Shown: piece by piece, positions 18,471 through 28,045 of the stretch
How the letters are laid out: each line of letters opens with the position of its first letter
How positions within the stretch are numbered: the first letter of the stretch is position 1
Assembly (NCBI GenBank): GCA_040767085.1
Contig: JAXGPF010000012.1
Location: 96,001 to 160,000, forward strand
Direction: 5' to 3'
Source: Kiritimatiellia bacterium
Lineage (GTDB): Bacteria; Verrucomicrobiota; Kiritimatiellia; JAAZAB01
DNA length: 64,000 bases
Made by a program: the position numbers and the translations under genes
The notes under the pieces: model-generated
What the model saw: the letters and a program-made list of their open reading frames with translations, nothing else
Databases searched by the model: none
What the model was told of the DNA's origin: nothing

Positions 18471-20696
18471 ATGTTCAATTCGCGAATTATTTCGGAACGT
18501 CTGCGTGAAGCCAACGGCGATCCCCGGCGGCGGGAACGCCTTGATCCGCATCGCGGGATCGTGTTTGATGAGACGGCGCGGGCCGGCCCGGGAGAAATGG
18601 CGCTGGCCGGCGCATGGCGCGTGGCGTGCCGCAATCTGGATGCGGCCGTGGCGGAGGCGCTGGTTGGGGATTTTACGGATTTTTTGCGCCGTTTGAGGGT
18701 GAGGGCAGCGCCGGATGCCGGGCCGGCGGTGATGTTTCAAATTGACCCCAGTCTGCGCCCGCGCGATTGTTGGTACGAGTGCCGGCCCGATGGCATTGCC
18801 ATCGCCGGCGGCGGCGTGGCGGGAGTATGGGCCGGCCTGGCCTGGGTGGAGTGGGAAATGCGCGTCCGGCACGGGGCCATCCTGCCGTTAGGCCGGTTTG
18901 AACGGCGGGCGTTGTGGGACGAGCAGATCAGCCAGGGACCGTGGGGCGCCAATTTCTCGGTGCCGGATTTTTCCCCGGATTTCCTGGCCGACGACGGCTT
19001 CCGCCTGTTTGCCCATCATGGCGTCAATACCATGATGATTTACGGCGATTTGCTGTTTTACACACAAAGCAGGTTTCTGCCGGAATTGAATTGCCCGGAT
19101 TATGAACACAATCTGGCCATGCTCCAGGATGCGGCGCGGCGCGCCGGCCGTTACGGGGTGGGATTTGCTTACCTGGCGGTGGCCCCCAAACTGCGCGGGG
19201 ATCACCCGGTCTTTCAAAGTCATCCGGATGTCCGGGGCACGAGCTTGCATCACAAGGATGTCTATTGCCTGTGTTCTTCCCATCCGCTGGTGCTGGATTT
19301 TTACGCGGAAACATTGGCCAACCTGGCGCGCGAAGTGTCCGGCTTGCGCGGATTAGTCTTGATTGTGGGCGGAGAGAGCTTTTACCACTGCCGCATGTGG
19401 GTCAATGTCAAACACCCCTGTCCGGTTTGTTATACCCGGACGCCGGAGGAGATGCTGGGCGGCATGATCGGGTCCATTCAAACGGCGGTGGCCCAGGCGC
19501 GGCCTGATGCCTATGTCGCCGTCTGGCAATATAACCCGACCCCCTGCATGCAGGACCAAGGGCTGCAATTGATTCCGCAATTGCCGGCCGGCGCCGTGGT
19601 TATGCACCAGATTGACAAGGGTGCGGTCATGCAGAAGGCCGGCTACCGTAAACGCATCTGGGATTACAGCATTGATTTCAACGGCATCGCGGAATTGACG
19701 CGCAAGTATGCCGATGCGGCACGCCAGTCCCGCCACCCGTTCTTTGTGAAAACCGAAACCGGCATCGGCCTGGAAACCATGCAATTCCCTTACGTGCCCG
19801 CCATGCAGCGCCTGGCGGACAAGTGGCGGAATGTGCGCGCGCTGGCGCCGGCCGGGGTGCATCAGGCCTGGCTGTTTTTCGGCATGTGCGGCACGCGCGC
19901 GGAAATGCTGGGATTCTGGGCTGCCTACCGGCCGGAACAGGCGCCCAAAGCGTTTTTGGCGGACCTGGCGCGGCGGGATTTCGGCGCGCCGGCGGTTGAG
20001 CTGGTCATGCGGGCCTGGGCGGCAATGAGCCGTGCCATGGGGCATCTGCCGGGCATCCCGGCCTATTATATGGGGCCCGGGTTCCTGGGCCCGGCGCATC
20101 CGCTGGTCCCGCAAGCGGGGGCAAAAATTCCAGACGCGTTTTGTGCCAACCTGTATTATTTGATGGAAGGCGACGAATCGCTGTCCGCCCATCAACTGAG
20201 TGCCCGGTCGCGCGTCTGCCTGGTCATGGACCGGCTGGATCGTCGTTTCTACCCCGGGCTGGTCCCGGACGATCCGGCGGCGGATTTCTGGGCAATCATT
20301 GAGAACGAGTATGCGGCGGCCGTGGATGAAAGCCGTCAGGCTTGGGACTGTTTACAAGCGGCGGCCGCCCGGACGCCGCCCTCCATGGCGCGGCGGAATC
20401 TTTTGGCGGAAACGCGATTGGTGGAGTTGGTTTACCGCACCATGCGCGCCTGTCGCAATACAATTGCTTTTTTAAGGCGCCGCGCAGTTTGGGAGCAGGC
20501 CGGCGATCAGGATGAGCGGCAGGCTATGCAACGCATCGCGGCGGATGAGCGGGAAAACGCCCTGGCCGCCATTCCGATTTACCGGGCCGAACCATGGCTG
20601 GACCTGGCGCTGCGCCTGGATGGGGTGTTTTCCCCTTGCGAGACCATGATTCTGGAAAAAGTGCGCTGGTTGGACGAATGGCTGGAAAAATTTTAG
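18471..20696 (+). CDS. Hypothetical protein, probable glycoside hydrolase-like TIM-barrel
   Basis: 741-aa ORF; GH20/GH67-like N-domain pattern (GIAIAGG..G..AGL), CSSHP.V..F motif; no family recognised. Confidence 0.6.
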   Translation: MFNSRIISERLREANGDPRRRERLDPHRGIVFDETARAGPGEMALAGAWRVACRNLDAAVAEALVGDFTDFLRRLRVRAAPDAGPAVMFQIDPSLRPRDCWYECRPDGIAIAGGGVAGVWAGLAWVEWEMRVRHGAILPLGRFERRALWDEQISQGPWGANFSVPDFSPDFLADDGFRLFAHHGVNTMMIYGDLLFYTQSRFLPELNCPDYEHNLAMLQDAARRAGRYGVGFAYLAVAPKLRGDHPVFQSHPDVRGTSLHHKDVYCLCSSHPLVLDFYAETLANLAREVSGLRGLVLIVGGESFYHCRMWVNVKHPCPVCYTRTPEEMLGGMIGSIQTAVAQARPDAYVAVWQYNPTPCMQDQGLQLIPQLPAGAVVMHQIDKGAVMQKAGYRKRIWDYSIDFNGIAELTRKYADAARQSRHPFFVKTETGIGLETMQFPYVPAMQRLADKWRNVRALAPAGVHQAWLFFGMCGTRAEMLGFWAAYRPEQAPKAFLADLARRDFGAPAVELVMRAWAAMSRAMGHLPGIPAYYMGPGFLGPAHPLVPQAGAKIPDAFCANLYYLMEGDESLSAHQLSARSRVCLVMDRLDRRFYPGLVPDDPAADFWAIIENEYAAAVDESRQAWDCLQAAAARTPPSMARRNLLAETRLVELVYRTMRACRNTIAFLRRRAVWEQAGDQDERQAMQRIAADERENALAAIPIYRAEPWLDLALRLDGVFSPCETMILEKVRWLDEWLEKF

Positions 20697-20788
20697 CCTT
20701 CAGCGCCGCGGCGTGCAGAGGGCATAACGCTTTACAATCAAACCGACATGAAATATATTTCACCGGCAAATCGAAGGGATTGGCCAAC

Positions 20789-21286
20789 ATGATTTACGGG
20801 CTGGGATTTTTCTTGCTGGCGGCGCTGTTTTGGTGGGGGGCGCGCGTGATACGCGGGCTGAAACGCCTCCGGAAGCAGGCCTTGGGCGCCTGGGAACAAT
20901 TGGCGGCGCAATTGCTGGCGCGGCATGAGGCGACCGCTGCCTGGCTGGCGCAACTGCGCGACAATGATCCTTCCGACCGCTACGCGGTGCAATTGGCGGA
21001 AGTGCGCCAGGCTTTGCACGGCGGCCCGCTGGAGAATGATATTCGTTTGCTGAGCCAGTCGGAAGGGGACTTGAACGCGGCGCTGCAGGCGGCGGCCGCC
21101 CAGTCCGGCTTGTTGCCGCCGGAGGCGCGCGCGCGTCTTGCCGCGTGCAATAACCGCATCCGGCTGGCCGCGGAGTTTTATAACACCCAGGCCTTGATTT
21201 ACAATACCCGCCTGGCAACCATGTCCCTCAAACTGCCTGCCCGTTTCGGGGGGTTCCGCCCGCTGGAAGCTTTCTCATTCGGCTGA
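20789..21286 (+). CDS. LemA-like protein
   Basis: N-terminal TM, AW.QL...L..RH, NRI..A..FYN.....YN, PA..GGF pattern. Confidence 0.7.
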   Translation: MIYGLGFFLLAALFWWGARVIRGLKRLRKQALGAWEQLAAQLLARHEATAAWLAQLRDNDPSDRYAVQLAEVRQALHGGPLENDIRLLSQSEGDLNAALQAAAAQSGLLPPEARARLAACNNRIRLAAEFYNTQALIYNTRLATMSLKLPARFGGFRPLEAFSFG

Positions 21287-23347
21287 AGGCGCATCCTGCA
21301 CGTCAGCCACGCTCACTTCCAGATGCGTGATCGTCCAACTCTGGTCGGGCCGCGGCCGGCTGATTTCCAGGCGCAAAGCGTCGGTCCGGATGGCGGTGAC
21401 GGCGATAGCGTGATATGGCGTGTCGCTGTAGATGGGTTGGCCGTTCCGGATGGCAAACTTGTCCAGCGTCGCGGGCAGGTCGGCGGCGACGATCTGCCAG
21501 CCGGAGTCGGTTCGCGCCAGCAAGTTGAACGCGTTTGGCCGATCCCGGTGGAACCGTCCGTAGTGGAGCGTCAAACGGTTGACGGGATAAACGCCGGGCA
21601 ACTCTACCTGGACCCACATGCCGGTTTGCTGGATGGCGCGGGTGGTCCAGCGCGATTGGTGATTGCCGTCGGTGAGTTTGGGCAAATCCGTCTGATTATG
21701 GCTGGCGTCTGTTTTCAGCATCCGGTCCGGCAATAATCGCGCTGGTTTGGACATAGCCGGGGCGGAAAAATCGTAATACACCTTGAAATCGCCCAGGTCG
21801 GTGCGCCGGCTGGCGACGCCCATGATTTGCATATGTTCCTCGAATTTGCTGGGATTGAGAAAACGGGTGCGGTCGGTCAGCACGTAGGCAATGTTGCCGG
21901 ACCGGGCGACCTCGGATTTGTAGGGCAGGGGCCAGCGCGGGAAGCGTTCGTTGTATGGCTGGCTGCAAAGGATTGTTTCGTCGGTAATGAAATTGATACG
22001 GTAGGCTGTCCAGTGCGGGGCGAAACAATGCCGGATGCCCTGGTCCTGGAGGAAGGCGATAGCGGGGCGCAGGTCGGGTGCGGAGACATGCCGCACGGCG
22101 AAATCCGGCGCCTGCCAGGCGCGCATCAGGCGCAGACTGGCGTAGAGGTTGTACCCGACCAGCGCCGCCAGCGCCAGGGCCAGGGCGCCCCGCGCCAGGC
22201 GCGCCGGCCAGGCGCGGCCGGCGGCTAACGCGGCGGCCAGCCCGGCGCCGATCAGCGGAAAACACCAGACGGCCGGCAGGAGATAGCGCGTGCTGCGGGA
22301 ATCGAACCGGGCGCTGCTGACCGCCGCCGCCACGGCTATCAGCGCGATAGCCAGGAAGAGGTCCCAGGGCGCCAGCTCCAGCCGGCGCCGGCGCAGCAGT
22401 CCGGCCAGCAGCCGGCCGGCGCGCAAGAGCAGCAGCCCGGCGCAGATGGCCAGCCACAGGTAAAACGCCGCCGGGTCCAGTTGCGGGATGAAATGCAGCG
22501 GCGTTTCGTCCGGGAAAACATTCGGCTCGATGCCCAGGGCCGAGAGCATGGCCTGGCGGAATGCGCCGCCGGTCAGGCGCTGGCGGATGTCGTCCCAGCC
22601 GGCATGGTCCGCGACGGCCTGGTGCGCCCCCGGGATCAGCCATTTGGCCAGCAGGAATGGCAGCAGCCCTAGCCCCAGCCCCGCCAGCCATGCCGCCAGC
22701 CGGCCCGGCAGCCGCCGCCCGGCGCCCGCCAGCACGGCATAAACGCCGGCGGCCAGGGTCGCCGGCAGGGCCAGCATGCTGGAACTGAAGGCCAGGCCGC
22801 CGGCCAGTCCGCAGGCGCAGGCCCAGCGCCGGCGCCGGCCATGCAAAGCCGCCAGGATGGCCAGCAGGCTGCAGGCCGTCAGGGCGGTGTAGCCGGTGAT
22901 GCGGTAGGCGCTTTGCTGCATCAGCAGGTAGGCGGATGGGAACAGAATCCACAGGGCAAAGCACCAGCCCGCCCGGCGTTCCCGGCGGTCGCCGCCGGCG
23001 TCCGTTGTCCGCAATGCCTGCCGCAGGATCAGCAGCAGCAATACGACATCCAGCAGCCCGAAGAGGAAGGGAATCAGCCGCGCGCCAAATTCCGTCCGGG
23101 GCAGCCAGCGCACAAAAGGGGCAGTCACATAGGATTCCAGCGGGAACCGGTAAGGCTGGGACATGACCAGCAGGTGCGGCCGGCCCGCGGCGATGTGTTT
23201 GGCCATGAGAAATTCGATGGCCTCGTCGGAAATGACGGGCGCATGCTCCACGCTGATCAGGAAGAATGCCAGGCGCAGCGCCAGGGCGCCAAGGGCGAGC
23301 AGTAGGCAAGCGCCGACAAGTGTTTTACGTTTGGAAGGATATCGCAT
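21275..23347 (-). CDS. GT-C-type (ArnT/PMT-like) membrane glycosyltransferase with C-terminal discoidin (F5/8 type C)-like domain
   Basis: SDEA motif after TM1, many TMs, RYLLP; C-terminal TDGN..SRWTT..QQTGMWVQVEL. Confidence 0.7.
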   Translation of the reverse strand: MRYPSKRKTLVGACLLLALGALALRLAFFLISVEHAPVISDEAIEFLMAKHIAAGRPHLLVMSQPYRFPLESYVTAPFVRWLPRTEFGARLIPFLFGLLDVVLLLLILRQALRTTDAGGDRRERRAGWCFALWILFPSAYLLMQQSAYRITGYTALTACSLLAILAALHGRRRRWACACGLAGGLAFSSSMLALPATLAAGVYAVLAGAGRRLPGRLAAWLAGLGLGLLPFLLAKWLIPGAHQAVADHAGWDDIRQRLTGGAFRQAMLSALGIEPNVFPDETPLHFIPQLDPAAFYLWLAICAGLLLLRAGRLLAGLLRRRRLELAPWDLFLAIALIAVAAAVSSARFDSRSTRYLLPAVWCFPLIGAGLAAALAAGRAWPARLARGALALALAALVGYNLYASLRLMRAWQAPDFAVRHVSAPDLRPAIAFLQDQGIRHCFAPHWTAYRINFITDETILCSQPYNERFPRWPLPYKSEVARSGNIAYVLTDRTRFLNPSKFEEHMQIMGVASRRTDLGDFKVYYDFSAPAMSKPARLLPDRMLKTDASHNQTDLPKLTDGNHQSRWTTRAIQQTGMWVQVELPGVYPVNRLTLHYGRFHRDRPNAFNLLARTDSGWQIVAADLPATLDKFAIRNGQPIYSDTPYHAIAVTAIRTDALRLEISRPRPDQSWTITHLEVSVADVQDAPSAE

Positions 23348-23405
23348 GACACGGGGTTCAGGATTCGGGATTCACAGGGTCGTAATCGAGCGCCATCTTG
23401 CATCG

Positions 23406-23512
23406 GTAGGGCGCCCAGTCCCTTGGGCGCCAAGGCGGGCAAGGGCCCCAGGCTTTGCCAAGGCTATGCCCGGCGAAGTCCGGCTTTGCCGGACTCAGCC
23501 GGGCAAGCCCTA
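23406..23512. repeat. GTAG-type REP-like hairpin interrupted by two ~30-nt hairpin repeats
   Basis: GTAGGGCGCCCAGTCCCTTGGGCGCC...GCCCTA with GGCTTTGCCAAGGCTATGCCCGGCGAAG and CCGGCTTTGCCGGACTCAGCCGGGCAAG inside the right arm. Confidence 0.55.
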
Positions 23513-23527
23513 ATAAGATTGTCGAGT

Positions 23528-24442
23528 CTATTTTGTGGTATGTAGGGCGCTACTGACATTATTTTGCTCCCCCAGATATTCCGCCAGGGCTTCCTGCCAT
23601 GACCGGATGGGGTAATCCAATACCGCCTGGATACGGCTCAGTTCAAACCGCGAATTCAATGGCCGCGCCGCCCGCGCGGGGAATTCGCCGGTGCGGCAGG
23701 GCGTCAATGGGTTGGGTAGCTTGCAATGATCCAGGACGAAGCGCGCGACATCAAAGCGCGAGGAGTACCCTGTGTTGGCGAAATGATACAGTCCCGTGCA
23801 TTGCCGTGCCAGCAGTCTGGCAATCGCCCGGCTCATGTCGCGCGTCCAGGTTGGCGCGCCGAACTGGTCGGCGACGATTTTCAAAGGCGCGCCCGCGCGC
23901 GCCCGTTCCAGGATTTTGGCGATGAAATTCGTTCCCTGCCGCCCATAACTCCATTGGACGCGCATGATCAAGTGCGGACAGCCGCTGTGCTGCAGGGCCT
24001 GTTCGCCGGCAAGCTTGGTCCGGCCGTAAACATTGAGAGGCTGGGGGGGATCGTCTTCGCGCCAGGGGCGCGTCCCCTGGCCGTTGAAAACAAAGTCGGT
24101 GGAAATATGCACAACAAAAATGTGCCGTTGACGGGCCGCGGCCGCCAGGCGGCCCACGGCGTTAGCGTTCACCGCTTCGGCGCGCTCCGGCTGGTCCTCG
24201 GCGCCGTCCACGTTCGTGAAGGCGGCGCAATTAACGGCGATATCGGCGCCGTCCAGGGCTTTTTCAAGGTCGGCCGGCCGGGTGATGTCGCATTCCGGCA
24301 AATCCCAGGCATGGACCGTGTAGCCGGCGCCGGCCAGCACGGCCGACAGGTCGGAGCCGAGCATGCCGCGGCCGCCGAGGATGGCGATGGATTGGCCGGG
24401 TTTGCCGTGGGGATGGATTGTTTTGATTTTGGTTGTCGTCAT
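23528..24442 (-). CDS. rmlD: dTDP-4-dehydrorhamnose reductase
   Basis: GGRGMLG, NCAAFTNVD.AE, HISTDFVF.G, YGRTK, DQFGAPT, RPLNS. Confidence 0.95.
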   Translation of the reverse strand: MTTTKIKTIHPHGKPGQSIAILGGRGMLGSDLSAVLAGAGYTVHAWDLPECDITRPADLEKALDGADIAVNCAAFTNVDGAEDQPERAEAVNANAVGRLAAAARQRHIFVVHISTDFVFNGQGTRPWREDDPPQPLNVYGRTKLAGEQALQHSGCPHLIMRVQWSYGRQGTNFIAKILERARAGAPLKIVADQFGAPTWTRDMSRAIARLLARQCTGLYHFANTGYSSRFDVARFVLDHCKLPNPLTPCRTGEFPARAARPLNSRFELSRIQAVLDYPIRSWQEALAEYLGEQNNVSSALHTTK

Positions 24443-26484
24443 AATTCTGACTCCAAGACGCCGATTTCCAGTTGGGTGATCGTCCAGTTGCGGTCAGGAC
24501 GCGGATCGCTGATCTCCAGGCGCAAGGCGTCGGCCTCGACCGCGGGGCCAATGATGGTTTGGCGCGGCTCGATACCGTACACGGGGTGGCCGTTTTGCAT
24601 GGCGAATTTATCGTAAGCGGCGGGCAGATTGGTGGCGGCGACTTGCCAGCCCGCGGGCGTGCGCGCCAGCAGTTTCAAGCCGCCGGCATGGTCCTGGTGG
24701 TAACGTCCGTAATGCAGGGTCAGACGGTTAACCAGGTGAAATCCCGGCAACTCCACCTGGACCCACATGCCGGTTTGCTGGCCCGCGCGGGTGGTCCAGC
24801 GCGATTGGTAATTGCCGTCGGTGAGCTTGTGGAGGTCGGCCTGGCCGTGGCTGGCGGTGGCCTGGATCAGTTCCGCCGGCAGCCGGCGCGCTTTCCCGTA
24901 AGCGGCGCCATCCTGGAAGGCATGGTAAATCACGCAATCGCCTGCTTCGCTCCGCCGGCAGGCGACATCCATGATCTGGAGATGTTCTTCGAATTTCTGC
25001 GGGGTGAGGAACCGCGTGTGTCCGGTCAGGATATAGGCGACATTAGTGGAGGCATCCACGGTGTCCTTATAAGGCACGGGCCAGTCCGGGAAGCGTTCAT
25101 TGACGGATTGGCTGCAGAGGATTTGTCTGGCGGTGAGAAAATTGATCCGGTATGCCACCCAGTATGCCGCGATGCCATGCCGGATGCCCTGGTCCTGGAG
25201 GAAGGCGATAGCGGGGCGCAGGTCGGGCGTGGAGACATGCCGCACGGCGAAATCCGGCGCCTGCCAGGCGCGCATCAGGCGCAGACTGGCGTAGAGGTTG
25301 TACCCGACCAGCGCCGCCAGCGCCAGGGCCAGGGCGCCCCGCGCCAGGCGCGCCGGCCAGGCGCGGCCGGCGGCTAACGCGGCGGCCAGCCCGGCGCCGA
25401 TCAGCGGAAAACACCAGACGGCCGGCAGGAGATAGCGCGTGCTGCGGGAATCGAACCGGGCGCTGCTGACCGCCGCCGCCACGGCTATCAGCGCGATAGC
25501 CAGGAAGAGGTCCCAGGGCGCCAGCTCCAGCCGGCGCCGGCGCAGCAGTCCGGCCAGCAGCCGGCCGGCGCGCAAGAGCAGCAGCCCGGCGCAGATGGCC
25601 AGCCACAGGTAAAACGCCGCCGGGTCCAGTTGCGGGATGAAATGCAGCGGCGTTTCGTCCGGGAAAACATTCGGCTCGATGCCCAGGGCCGAGAGCATGG
25701 CCTGGCGGAATGCGCCGCCGGTCAGGCGCTGGCGGATTTCGGCCCAGCCGGCATGGTCCGCGACGGCCTGGTGCGCCCCCGGGATCAGCCATTTGGCCAG
25801 CAGGAATGGCAGCAGCCCCAGCCCCAGCCCCGCCAGCCATGCCGCCAGCCGGCCCGGCAGCCGCCGCCCGGCGCCCGCCAGCACGGCATAAACGCCGGCG
25901 GCCAGGGTCACCGGTAGGGCCAGCATGCTGGAACTGAAGGCCAGGCCGCCGGCCAGTCCGCAGGCGCAGGCCCAGCGCCGGCGCCGGCCATGCAAAGCCG
26001 CCAGGATGGCCAGCAGGCTGCAGGCCGTCAGGGCGGTGTAGCCGGTGATGCGGTAGGCGCTTTGCTGCATCAGCAAGTAGGCGGATGGGAACAGAATCCA
26101 CAGGGCAAAGCACCAGCCCGCCCGGCGTTCCCGGCGGTCGCCGCCGGCGTCTGTTGTCCGCAATGCCTGCCGCAGGATCAGCAGCAGCAACACGACATCC
26201 AGCAGCCCGAAGAGGAAGGGAATCAGCCGCGCGCCAAATTCCGTCCGGGGCAGCCAGCGCACAAAAGGGGCGGTAAGATACGAGATGACCGGGAATTGAT
26301 AAGGTTGCGCCAGGAAGAGCAAATGGGGGCGGCCGCCGGCAATATCTTCGGCCATCAGGAACTCGGCTGATTCATCCGAAGTAACGGGAACATGCTGGAT
26401 ACTGATGGAAAAAAAAACCAGCCGCAACGCCAGGGCGGCAACGGCTGGCAGGAGGAAGCCGGCGGCGATGAGCTTTTTATTCAT
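24439..26484 (-). CDS. Second GT-C-type membrane glycosyltransferase with discoidin-like domain (paralog of 21275-23347)
   Basis: SDES motif, same architecture; ATG at 26484 overlaps the rmlA stop. Confidence 0.7.
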   Translation of the reverse strand: MNKKLIAAGFLLPAVAALALRLVFFSISIQHVPVTSDESAEFLMAEDIAGGRPHLLFLAQPYQFPVISYLTAPFVRWLPRTEFGARLIPFLFGLLDVVLLLLILRQALRTTDAGGDRRERRAGWCFALWILFPSAYLLMQQSAYRITGYTALTACSLLAILAALHGRRRRWACACGLAGGLAFSSSMLALPVTLAAGVYAVLAGAGRRLPGRLAAWLAGLGLGLLPFLLAKWLIPGAHQAVADHAGWAEIRQRLTGGAFRQAMLSALGIEPNVFPDETPLHFIPQLDPAAFYLWLAICAGLLLLRAGRLLAGLLRRRRLELAPWDLFLAIALIAVAAAVSSARFDSRSTRYLLPAVWCFPLIGAGLAAALAAGRAWPARLARGALALALAALVGYNLYASLRLMRAWQAPDFAVRHVSTPDLRPAIAFLQDQGIRHGIAAYWVAYRINFLTARQILCSQSVNERFPDWPVPYKDTVDASTNVAYILTGHTRFLTPQKFEEHLQIMDVACRRSEAGDCVIYHAFQDGAAYGKARRLPAELIQATASHGQADLHKLTDGNYQSRWTTRAGQQTGMWVQVELPGFHLVNRLTLHYGRYHQDHAGGLKLLARTPAGWQVAATNLPAAYDKFAMQNGHPVYGIEPRQTIIGPAVEADALRLEISDPRPDRNWTITQLEIGVLESEL

Positions 26485-27212
26485 GCCTGTTTCGGCGGGT
26501 GCCGGGCCACCAGGTCGTTGACATGCGCCAGCGAAGCAAAGGTGCCGGCATCGCTCCACCATCCCGGCAGCATGTCCAGTTGCATCGAGCCCTGCTGGAC
26601 GTAAGCGTTATTGACATCGGTGATCTCCAACTCGCCGCGCCGGCTGGGCCGGCAGGTGCGGATGATGTCGAAAACCGCCGCATCGTAAAAATATATGCCG
26701 GTGACGGCGATGTTGGATTTGGGGCGGGATGGTTTCTCCTCGATGCCCGCCACGCGTCCGTCCGCCACTTCCGCCACGCCGAACCGTTCGGGGTCGGCGA
26801 CGGTTTTGCCCAGGATGCGCGCGCCGCGCCCCTGTTGGCGGAAAGCCGCGGCGAAAGGCGCGAGCGCATCCTCGAAAATATTATCGCCCAAAATGACCGC
26901 CATCGGATCGCCATGGCAGAAATTTTCGGCCAGGCTTAATGCCTGCGCGATGCCGCCAGCCTCGTCCTGGACCTTGTAGGTGAAATGGCAGCCGAATTCG
27001 CGGCCGGAGCCGAGCAGGCTGACCATATCGCCCATGTGTTCCGTGCCCGTCACCACCAGGACCTCCCCGATCCCCGCGCCGGTGAGTTTTTCGATCGGGT
27101 AGTAGATCATCGGCTTGCGGCCGACGGGCAGCAGGTGTTTGTTGGTCACCTTGGTCAGGGGCATTAAACGCGAGCCGGTGCCGCCGGCCAGAACGATGCC
27201 TTTGAGATTCAT
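26481..27212 (-). CDS. rmlA: Glucose-1-phosphate thymidylyltransferase (short form)
   Basis: GIVLAGGTGSRL.PLT, KHLLPV, LGDN, EEKP, RGELEITD, W.DAGT. Confidence 0.9.
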   Translation of the reverse strand: MNLKGIVLAGGTGSRLMPLTKVTNKHLLPVGRKPMIYYPIEKLTGAGIGEVLVVTGTEHMGDMVSLLGSGREFGCHFTYKVQDEAGGIAQALSLAENFCHGDPMAVILGDNIFEDALAPFAAAFRQQGRGARILGKTVADPERFGVAEVADGRVAGIEEKPSRPKSNIAVTGIYFYDAAVFDIIRTCRPSRRGELEITDVNNAYVQQGSMQLDMLPGWWSDAGTFASLAHVNDLVARHPPKQA

Positions 27213-27769
27213 GGCGCCGCCTTGGTGTAGGTGAAATCCGCGGGCAAATCGCGGAAGGATGGATTTTGCTGATCTTTCGGCGAAAGCAGCGGCGTCCGGG
27301 TGGGCCAGGCGATGCGCAAGTCCGGATCGTTCCAGATCAGGCCGCGTTCGCCCTGGGGGTAGTAATAATCGCCGCAGGCGTAAATGACATCCGCCCGCGG
27401 GCTGGTGACGCAGAAGCCGTGCGCGAAGCCCACGGGCACGAACAATTGCTTGCGGTTTTCCGCGGAAAGTTCCACGCCGACCCATTGGCCGAACGTGGGC
27501 GAGCCCTGGCGGATATCCACTGCGACGTCGAAGACCGCGCCCTGCAATACGCGCACCAGCTTGGCCTGGGGCTGGCCGACCTGGTAATGCAGCCCGCGCA
27601 GGGTGTTTTGGATGGAATGCGAATGATTGTGCTGGACAAACTCCAGGTCAATGCCATGCCTGGCAAACAGTTTCCGGCTGTAGGTTTCCATGAAAAAGCC
27701 GCGGCTGTCGCTGAACACCGTTGGCTCGATCAAAATCACATCCGGCAAGGCAGTCGGTATGAAACGCAT
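27209..27769 (-). CDS. rmlC: dTDP-4-dehydrorhamnose 3,5-epimerase
   Basis: DSRGFF.E, LRGLHYQ, QAKLV, DVAVDIR, GFAHGF, WNDP, LS.KD. Confidence 0.96.
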   Translation of the reverse strand: MRFIPTALPDVILIEPTVFSDSRGFFMETYSRKLFARHGIDLEFVQHNHSHSIQNTLRGLHYQVGQPQAKLVRVLQGAVFDVAVDIRQGSPTFGQWVGVELSAENRKQLFVPVGFAHGFCVTSPRADVIYACGDYYYPQGERGLIWNDPDLRIAWPTRTPLLSPKDQQNPSFRDLPADFTYTKAAP

Positions 27770-27789
27770 AGCTACTCCAATTAGAAATT

Positions 27790-28045
27790 ATGTATTATCG
27801 GATTTCGGGCGATAAAACACAACATTTTTTTGCGCCTGGCGGTAGGCGATTTTGGCCAGCCAGAGCTTGATTGGCTCCGCCTTCGGACTGGTACCGACTG
27901 GACAATCCGCAGAAGTGTTTCGGGATCAGCCACATCCGTTAAACGCATCTTTCCGTCTCCGGCGAGCAACTTCAACTGGCGGCAATTTGTCATAGACTGA
28001 ATTCCGCCTCCAGTCTACGTCAAATCCGGATTCTCCGTCAGCACG
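27790..28045 (-). pseudogene. Frameshifted fragment of a Bro-N (antirepressor-like) gene
   Basis: MTNCRQLKLLAGDGKMRLTDVADPETLLRIVQSVP, then after a 1-nt shift near 27890 SPKAEPIKLWLAKIAY. Confidence 0.75.

Noticed and set aside
27790-28000. Prophage suggested by the Bro-N fragment
   Set aside because: No integrase, structural or replication genes nearby; isolated remnant.
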